Source: Utricularia gibba
Lineage: Eukaryota; Plantae; Magnoliophyta
NCBI GenBank assembly: GCA_002189035.1
Contig: NEEC01000153.1
Coordinates: 1 to 23,303, forward strand
DNA length: 23,303 nucleotides
Direction: 5' to 3'
The translations under genes were made by a program, and so were the position numbers. The notes below the pieces were generated by a model. The model was not told the origin of the DNA. It worked only from the letters and a program-made list of their open reading frames with translations, and made no database searches. Shown here piece after piece: positions 10,301 to 20,530 of this stretch; the stretch's first letter is position 1; every line of letters begins with the position of its first letter.

Positions 10301-13060
10301 ACTAATTGAATCAATCAACAGCCAAAACATATGGTGTCAAACTTCATCGGATCATGCGATCAAGATGGAAAAAAGTCACATGTTACAATCATCGCACATT
10401 TCGTGGCATCACTTATCCCAACACTGTTATCTATGATATGCGTAATATTTATTTATACCATTCCCGCAGGTGTCAGAAGTCCACATTTGGATGCGCCCGA
10501 ATGGTGCTGCGCAATGAAATGACTACGTCGCACATCCTGGTCCGCGAAGCACCTCTTGCATAACATGCAGATCCTTGCTCTTCATAGCACACTGTTGGGA
10601 AGCCCTTTTCGAGCTCCAAGTATTATAATTTGGAGTTACGTTTGTCCGATAACTGTGGACATATTAAAAAAAGGGCCACAACGAAACGGTGTCTCACGTG
10701 GCATTCCGTGGTGTCACTGCATTTACATAATGTGCTTCATGTTCTCGAAATTGATGCGAACAACATACAAGGCAAAAGAATCATAGTAGCCACTACATGG
10801 TATACGGGAATGGTGCATCAAGAATCAGAAGTATCATAGCAACTAAATGCATCAACATATGGTGTCAGAATTCATCTACTATGCGATCAAGTTGGAAAAA
10901 AGTCACATGCTACATCATGAATTTCGTGGCATCACTTATCCCAACACTGTTATACACTCTGGATATGCGTAAATATTTATTTTTAATGAATCCGTGCACG
11001 TGTGATTTTTAGGATGCACCCCGAATGATGATGCGCAATGAAATGACTACGTCGCACATCCTGGTCCGCGAAGCACCTCTTGCATAACATGCAGATCCTT
11101 GCTCTTCATAGCACACTGTTGGGAAGCCCTTTTCGAGCTCCAAGTATTATAATTTGGAGTTACGTTTGTCCGATAACTGTGGACATATTAAAAACAAGCC
11201 ACAACGAAAAGTGTCTTAGGTGTCCTTCTTGGTGGCTGCGTCTAAGAATGTGCTTCTCGTTCTCGACATTGATGCAAATGGGATACACGGCAAAAGAATC
11301 AAATAGCCACTAGAGACATGGTGTATGGGAATGGTGCATCAAGAATCAGAAGTATCATAGCAACTAATTGAATCAATCAACAGCCAAAACATATGGTGTC
11401 AAACTTCATCGGATATGCGATCAAGATGGAAAAAAGTCACATGTTACATCATGAATTTCGTGGCATCACTTATCCCAACACTGTTATACACTCTGGATAT
11501 GCGTAAATATTTATTTTTAATGAATCCGTGCACGTGTGATTTTTAGGATGCACCCCGAATGTGATGCGCAATGAAATGACTACGTCGCACATCCTGGTCC
11601 GCGAAGCACCTCTTGCATAACATGCAGATCCTTGCTCTTCATAGCACACTGTTGGGAAGCCCTTTTCGAGCTCCAAGTATTATAATTTGGAGTTACGTTT
11701 GTCCGATAACTGTGGACATATTAAAAAGGGCCACAACGAAAGGTGTCTCACGTGGCATTCCGTGTGACTGCATTTAATAATGTGCTTCATGTTCTCGAAA
11801 TTGATGCGAAAACATACAAGGCAAAAGAATCAAATAGCCACTAGAGACATGGTATACGGGAATGGTGCATCAAGAATCAGAAGTATCATAGCAACTAAAT
11901 GCATGGTGTCAGAATTCATCTACTATGCGATCAAGTTGGAAAAAAGTCACATGCTACATCATGAATTTCGTGGCATCACTTATCCCAACACTGTTATACA
12001 CTCTGGATATGCGTAAATGAATCCCGTGCACGTGTGATTTTTAGGATGCACCCCGAATGATGATGCGCAATGAAATGACTACGTCGCACATCCTGGTCCG
12101 CGAAGCACCTCTTGCATAACATGCAGATCCTTGCTCTTCATAGCACACTGTTGGGAAGCAAGTATTATAATTTGCGTTTGTCCGATAACTGTGGACATAT
12201 TAAAAACAAGCCACAACGAAAAGTGTCTTAGCCTTTCTTGGTGGCTGCGTCTAAGAATGTGCTTCTCGTTCTCGACATTGATGCAAATGGGATACACGGC
12301 AAAAGAATCAAATAGCCACTAGAGACATGGTGTATGGGAATGGTGCATCAAGAATCAGAAGTATCATAGCAACTAATTGAATCAATCAACAGCCAAAACA
12401 TATGGTGTCAAACTTCATCGGATATGCGATCAAGATGGAAAAAAGTCACATGTTACATCATGAATTTCGTGGCATCACTTATCCCAACACTGTTGGATAT
12501 GCGTAAATATTTATTTTTAATGGTGCACGTGTGATTTTTACACCCCGAATGATGATGCGCAATGAAATGACTACGTCGCACATCCTGGTCCGCGAAGCAC
12601 CTCTTGCATAACATGCAGATCCTTGCATAGCACACTGTTGGGAAGCCCTTTCGAGCTCCAAGTATTATAATTTGGAGTTACGTTTGTCCGATAACTGTGG
12701 ACATATTAAAAAACCACAACGAAAGGTGTCTCACGTGGCATTCCGTGGTGACTGCATTTAATAATGTGCTTCATGTTCTCGAAATTGATGCGAACAACAT
12801 ACAAGGCAAAAGAATCAAATAGCCACTAGAGACATGGTATACGGGAATGGTGCATCAAGAATCAGAAGTATCATAGCAACTAAATGCATCAACATATGGT
12901 GTCAGAATTCATCTACTATGCGATCAAGTTGGAAAAAAGTCACATGCTACATCATGAATTTCGTGGCATCACTTATCCCAACACTGTTATACACTCTGGA
13001 TATGCGTAAATATTTATTTTTAATGAATCCCGTGCACGTGTGATTTTTAGGATGCACCCC

Positions 13061-16000
13061 GAATCCCTTTCAAGCACCTCCAGCAGATATTGTTGGGAAG
13101 CCCTTTTCGAGCTCCAAGTATTATAATTTGGAGTTACGTTTGTCCGATAACTGTGGACATATTAAAAAAAGGAAAAGCCACAACAAATGATACACGGTGC
13201 CACTCTCATCAAGAATCAGAAGTATCATAGCAACTAATTGAATCAATCAACAGCCAAAACATATGGTGTCAAACTGCGATTTCACATAATGAATGCATTC
13301 ATGTTCTCGAAATTGATCCGTGCACGTGTGAACAACGCAATGAAATGACTACGTCGCACATCCTGGTCCGCGAAGCACCTCTTGCATAACATGCAGATCC
13401 TTGCTCTTCATAGCACACTGTTGGGAAGCCCTTTTCGAGCTCCAAGTATTATAATTTGGAGTTACGTTTGTCCGATAACTGTGGACATATTAAAAAAGGG
13501 CCACAACGAAAGGAATGGTGCTGCATCTTCAAAATTGATGCGATCAAGAAGAATCAAATAGCCACTAGCATGGTATACTATCAATCAGCATAGCAACAAA
13601 TGCATGGTGTCAGAATTCATCTACTATGCGATCAAGTTGGAAAAAAGTCACATGCTACATCATGAATTTCGTGGCATCACTTATCCCAACACTGTTATCT
13701 GGATATGCGTACTGCTGTGATATGCGAATATGATGCGCAATGAAATGACTACGTCGCACATCCTGGTCCGCGAAGCACCTCTTGCATAACATGCAGATCC
13801 TTGCTCTTCATAGCACACTGTTGGGAAGCCCTTTTCGAGCTCCAAGTATTATAATTTGGAGTTACGTTTGTCCGATAACTGTGGACATATTAAAAACAAG
13901 CCACAACGAAAAGTGTCTTAGGTGTCCTTTCTTGGTGGCTGCGTCTAAGAATGTGCTTCTCGTTCTCGACATTGATGCAAATGGGATACACGGCAAAAGA
14001 ATCAAATAGCCACTAGAGACATGGTGTATGGGAATGGTGCATCAAGAATCAGAAGTATCATAGCAACTAATTGAATCAATCAACAGCCAAAACATATGGT
14101 GTCAAACTTCATCGGATATGCGATCAAGATGGAAAAAAGTCACATGTTACATCATGAATTTCGTGGCATCACTTATCCCAACACTGTTGTACACTCAGGA
14201 TATGCGTAAATATTTATTTTTAACAAATCCGGTGCACGTGTGATTTTTCTGCACCCGAATGGTGATGCGCAATGAAATGACTACGTCGCACATCCTGGTC
14301 CGCGAAGCCCTCCTTGCTCGACACTGCAGCAAGTATTATAATTTGGAGTTACGTTCTGTCCGATAACTGTGTTGACGATATTAAAAACAAGCATCACAAA
14401 GTATCGAACTAAGTGGTCTTAGGTGTTGTCCTTTCTTGTGTGGCTGCGTCTAAGAATGTGCTTCTCGTTCTCGACATTGATGCAAATGGTTGGGATACAC
14501 GGCAAAAGAATCTTAAATTGAGCCACTAGAGACATGGTGTATGGGAATGGTGCATCAAGCGAATCAGACAGTATCAGCAACTAAATTGAATCAAATCGCA
14601 ACTAGCCAAAACATATGGTGTCATAACTTCATCGCGTGCGATCAAGATGGAAAAAAGTCACATGTGGTACATCATGAATTTCGTGGCATCACTTATCCCA
14701 ACACTGTTATGGGATATGCGTAAATATTTATTTTTAATGAATCCCGTGCACGTGTGATTTTTAGGATGCACCCGAATGATGATGCGCAATGAAATGACTA
14801 CGTCGCACATCCTGGTCGCGAAGCACCTCTTGCATAACATGCAGATCCTTGCTCTTCATAGCACACTGTTGGGAAGCCCTTTTCGAGCTCCAAGTATTAT
14901 AATTTGGAGTTACGTTTGTCCGATAACTGTGGACATATTAAAAAACAACGACTACAATGCGCACAAATATTCTTTGGCATTCACGTGCAGACATCCATGC
15001 ACTCCCACACTGCGCAATGAAATGACTACGTCGCACATCCTGGTCGCGCAAAGCACATTAAGCAAAGTATTGGAGTTACGTCAAATAACACACATACTGG
15101 GCCGGGGTGTGGTGCATCAAGAATCAGAAGTATCATAGCAACTAAATGCATCAACATCAGAATTCGTGTTGGAAAAAACATTTGCAGTTAATGTCGTGGC
15201 ATCACTGATGATGCGCCAACATCCTAAGCAATACATGCAGATCCATAGCACACTAAAAAGTAGTTTTATAACTAGCCACTGAGAAGAATGTGCACATTGA
15301 TGCAAACATACACGGCAAAAGAATCAAATAGCCACTAGTGCATCAAGAATCAGAAGTATCATAGCACTAATTGAATCAATCAACAGCCAAAACATGGTGT
15401 CAAACTTCATCGGATATGCGATCAATGGAAAAAAGTCACATGTTACAGAATTTCGTGGCGCACAAGTGGTCCGCGTCACATATACATGCAGATCCTTGCT
15501 CTTCATATTTCGAGCTGTGCAGTGGACCCTTTTTAGGATGTTACCTTGGATGCGCGTGAAATTTACGAGCAACTCCTTGGTCACATGCGAAGCACGTGCA
15601 ACATGCACCCCGAATGATGATGCGCAATGAAATGACTACGTCGCACATCCTGGTCCGCGAAGCACCTCTTGCATAACATGCAGATCCTTGCTCTTCATAG
15701 CACACTGTTGGGAAGCCCTTATTCGAGCTCCAAGTATTATAATTGATGCAAATGGGATACACGGCAAAAGAATCAAATAGCCACTAGAGACATGGTGTAT
15801 GGGAATGGTGCATCAAGAATCAGAAGTATCATAGCAACTAATTGAATCAATCAACAGCCAAAACATATGGTGTCAAACTTCATCGGATATGCGATCAAGA
15901 TGGAAAAAAGTCACATGTTACATCATGAATTTCGTGGCATCACTTATCCCAACACTGTGTCTTATCCGTGGTGTCTGCATTTCTGAAATGGTCGGGTCTG

Positions 16001-16530
16001 CAGATCCTTGCTCGAATGTGATTCTCGTATCATAACACAGGGCCAAAAGAAACTGGTGCTTCATACGACGGCAAAAGAATCAAATAGCCACTAGAGACAT
16101 GGTGCATCAAGAATCAGAAGTATCATAGCAACTAAATGCATGGTGTCAGAATTCAAGCGATCAAGTCACATGCTACAGAATATCACTTAGCACTCTGGAT
16201 ATGCGTAAATATGAATCACGTGTGATCAACGCAATGCTACACAAAGCACCTATGCAGATGCTCTTCATAGCACACTGTCAGCTCGGGAGTTACGTTTGTC
16301 CGATAACAGCCATGGAAAAACATTGATGCACATGTTGGTGTACATCATCAGAAGTATCATAGCGAATCAATCAACAGCCAAAACATATGGTGTCAAACTT
16401 CATCGGATATGCGATCCACATGTTACATCATGAATTTCGTGGCATCACTCCCAACACTGTTGTATACTGCGTAAATATTTATTTTTAACAAATCCGTGCA
16501 CGTGTGATTTTTCGGCTGCATCCCGAATGG
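13061..16530. repeat. Largest disordered part of the array: compressed and scrambled monomers around one intact B (13782)
   Basis: All recognisable segments are pieces of the A/B monomers. Anchor spacing drops to about 175-400 bp and pieces appear out of order. Confidence 0.85.
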
Positions 16531-16869
16531 TGATGCGCAATGAAATGACTACGTCGCACATCCTGGTCTTGCATAACATGCAGATCCTTGCTCTTCATAG
16601 CACACTGTTGGGAAGCCCTTTTCGAGCTCCAAGTATTATAATTTGGAGTTACATAACTGTGGACATATTAAAAAAGGGCCACAACGAAAGGTGTCTCACG
16701 TGGCATTCCGTGGTGACTGCATTTAATAATGTGCTTCATGTTCTCGAAATTGATGCGAACAACATACAAGGCAAAAGAATCAAATAGCCACTAGAGACAT
16801 GGTATACGGGAATGGTGCATCAAGAATCAGAAGTATCATAGCAACTAAATGCATCAACATATGGTGTCA

Positions 16870-19800
16870 GAATTCATCTACGATCAAGTGCGCTATCAAA
16901 TTTCGTTGTTATACGGATAAAATAGTCACATGCTGATGATGACATACATTAAGCAATAAGCAGATCACACACTGAAAGCTCAACACTGTGGACATATTAC
17001 ACTCTGGATATGCGATCAAATATTTCATTTTAATGAATCCCGTGCACGTGTGATTTTTAGGATGCACCCCGAATGATGATGCGCAATGAAATGACTACGT
17101 CGCACATCCTGGTCCGCGAAGCACCTCTTGCATAACATGCAGATCCTTGCTCTTCATAGCACACTGTTGGGAAGCCCTTTTCGAGCTCCAAGTATTATAA
17201 TTTGGAGTTACGTTTGTCCGATAACTGTGGACATATTAAAAACAAGCCACAACGAAAAGTGTCTTAGGTGTCCTTTCTTGGTGGCTGCGTCTAAGAATGT
17301 GCTTCTCGTTCTCGACATTGATGCAAATGGGATACACGGCAAAAGAATCAAATAGCCACTAGAGACATGGTGTATGGGAATGGTGCATCAAGAATCAGAA
17401 GTATCATAGCAACTAATTGAATCAATCAACAGCCAAAACATATGGTGTCAAACTTCATCGGATATGCGATCAAGATGGAAAAAAGTCACATGTTACATCA
17501 TGAATTTCGTGGCATCACTTATCCCAACACTGTTGTATACTCTGGATATGCGTAAATATTTATTTTTAACAAATCCCGTGCACGTGTGATTTTTCGGCTG
17601 CATCCCGAATGTGATGCGCAATGAAATGACTACGTCGCACATCCTGGTCCGCGAAGCACCTCTTGCATAACATGCAGATCCTTGCTCTTCATAGCACACT
17701 GTTGGGAAGCCCTTTTCGAGCTCCAAGTATTATAATTTGGAGTTACGTTTGTCCGATAACTGTGGACATATTAAAAAAGGGTGTCTCACAACTGATAAGG
17801 CTGTCTCACGAATGGCATTCCGTGGTGACTGCATATTACATAATGTGCATTCATGTTCTCGAAATTGATGCGAACGCAACATACAATGGCAACATAGCAC
17901 ATCAAATAGCCACTGTGGAAGAGACATGGCATATACGGAAAAGAATGGCTGCACTCAAGGGAATCAGAAGTATCATAGCAACTAAATGCATCAACATATG
18001 GTGTCAGAATTCATCTACTATGCGATCAAGTTGGAAAAAAGTCACATGCTACATCATGAATTTCGTGGTTTATACACTCACTTATCCCAACACTCTGGAT
18101 ATGCAAATACATGGACGTGACTGTCGCACATGGATCTTGCATGCAGTAAACACTGTTGGGAAGCCCTTTATTTTATAATGAGTTATCCGATAACTGTGGA
18201 CATATTAAAAACAAGCCACAACGAAAAGTGTCTTAGGTGTCCTTTCTTGGTGGCTGCGTCTAAGAATGTGCTTCTCGTTCTCGACATTGATGCAAATGGG
18301 ATACACGGCAAAAGAATCAAATAGCCACTAGAGACATGGTGTATGGGAATGGTGCATCAAGAATCAGAAGTATCATAGCAACTAATTGAATCAATCAACA
18401 GCCAAAACATATGGTGTCAAACTTCATCGGATATGCGATCAAGATGGAAAAAAGTCACATGTTACATCATGAATTTCGTGGCATCACTTATCCCAACACT
18501 GTTGTATACGATATGCGTACCCGTCTGTGCGGCTGCATAACGCAATGAAATGACTAGACATCCTTCCGCTCTTGCATAGCACACTGTTGGGAAGCCCTTT
18601 TCGAGCTCCAAGTATTATAATTTGGAGTTACGTTTGTCCGATAACTGTGGACATATTAAAAACAAGCCACAACTGAAATAATGTGTCTGTTCTCGAGATG
18701 TACAAGTCCCACTTTATACTTGGAATCAGAAGCTAGCGCATCAACATATGGTGTCAGAATGTGCTGCTCATCATGAATTTCTGGCGTTATACATTGGATA
18801 TGCAAATGGGCACGTACACCCCGAATGATGATGCGCAATGAAATGACTACGTCGCACATCCTGGTCCGCGAAGCACCTCTTGCATAACATGCAGATCCTT
18901 GCTCTTCATAGCACACTGTTGGGAAGCCCTTTTCGAGCTCCAAGTATTATAATTTGGAGTTACGTTTGTCCGATAACTGTGGACATATTAAAAACAAGTA
19001 GGTGGGAATGTGTGTTCATCAAATGATATCAGCCACTAGTATCATCAGAATCAGAAGTATCATAGCAACTAATGAATCAATCAACAGCCAAAACATATGG
19101 TGTCAAACTTCATCGGATATGCGATCAAGATGGAAAAAAGTCACATGTTACATCATGAATTTCGTGCATCACTTATCCCAACACTGTTGTATACTCAGGA
19201 TATGCGTAAATATTTATTTTTAACAAATCCGTGCACGTGTGATTTTTCGGCTGCATCCCGAATGGTGATGCGCAATGAAATGACTACGTCGCACATCCTG
19301 GTCCGCGAAGCACCTCTTGCATAACATGCAGATCCTTGCTCTTCATAGCACACTGTTGGGAAGCCCTTTTCGAGCTCCAAGTATTATAATTTGGAGTTAC
19401 GTTTGTCCGATAACTGTGGACATATTAAAAAAGGCCACAACGAAAGGTGTCTCACGTGGCATTCCGTGGTGACTGCATTTAATAATGTGCTTCATGTTCT
19501 CGAAATTGATGCGAACAACATACAAGGCAAAAGAATCAAATAGCCACTAGAGACATGGTATACGGGAATGGTGCATCAAGAATCAGAAGTATCATAGCAA
19601 CTAAATGCATCAACATATGGTGTCAGAATTCATCTACTATGCGATCAAGTTGGAAAAAAGTCACATGCTACATCATGAATTTCGTGGCATCACTTATCCC
19701 AACACTGTTATACACTCTGGATATGCGTAAATATTTATTTTTAATGAATCCCGTGCACGTGTGATTTTTAGGATGCACCCCGAATGATGATGCGCAATGA

Positions 19801-20530
19801 AATGACTACGTCGCACATCCTGGTCCGCGAAGCACCTCTTGCATAACATGCAGATCCTTGCTCTTCATAGCACACTGTTGGGAAGCCCTTTTCGAGCTCC
19901 AAGTATTATAATTTGGAGTTACGTTTGTCCGATAACTGTGGACATATTAAAAACAAGCCACAACGAAAAGTGTCTTAGGTGTCCTTTCTTGGTGGCTGCG
20001 TCTAAGAATGTGCTTCTCGTTCTCGACATTGATGCAAATGGGATACACGGCAAAAGAATCAAATAGCCACTAGAGACATGGTGTATGGGAATGGTGCATC
20101 AAGAATCAGAAGTATCATAGCAACTAATTGAATCAATCAACAGCCAAAACATATGGTGTCAAACTTCATCGGATATGCGATCAAGATGGAAAAAGTCACA
20201 TGTTACATCATGAATTTCGTGGCATCACTTATCCCAACACATGGATATGTAAATACTCACGTGTGATATGCGTAAATGATTTTATTTTTGCAATCCTTGC
20301 TCTTCATAGCACACTGTTGGGAAGCCGTGCACGTGGACATATTAAAAAAAGCCATTTTTCGAAATGCATGCATCCGAATGGTGATGCGAGAAGTATCATA
20401 GTGCATATGAAATCAAATTGACTATGCGTCGCACATCCTATGGTCGCACATGCTACATCATGAATTTCACACTTATCCCAACACTGTGCGTAAATATTTA
20501 TTTTAAATGAATCACGTGCAGATCCTTGCT
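16870..20530. repeat. Alternating intact and scrambled monomers (scrambled at about 16870-17030, 17770-18190, 18505-19075, 20240-20530)
   Basis: Intact monomers at 17128 (B) and 19317 (A) lie between short stretches built from out-of-register monomer fragments. Confidence 0.8.

Larger units (their letters stand above)
13..13060. repeat. Regular (AB)n dimeric higher-order repeat, period ~1,059 bp, 25 monomers in strict alternation
   Basis: Monomers alternate between the A signature (AAAAAAGGGCCACAACGAAAGGTGTCTCACGTGGCATTCC) and the B signature (AAAAACAAGCCACAACGAAAAGTGTCTTAGGTGTCCTTTC). Example: 6331 (A), 6854 (B), 7390 (A) gives 523+536=1059. Confidence 0.97.

Noticed and set aside
17663-18178. 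Longest ORF (171 aa), and the 120-aa ORF at 14776-15138
   Set aside because: Both are read-through fusions of the repeat frames created by indels in scrambled monomers.
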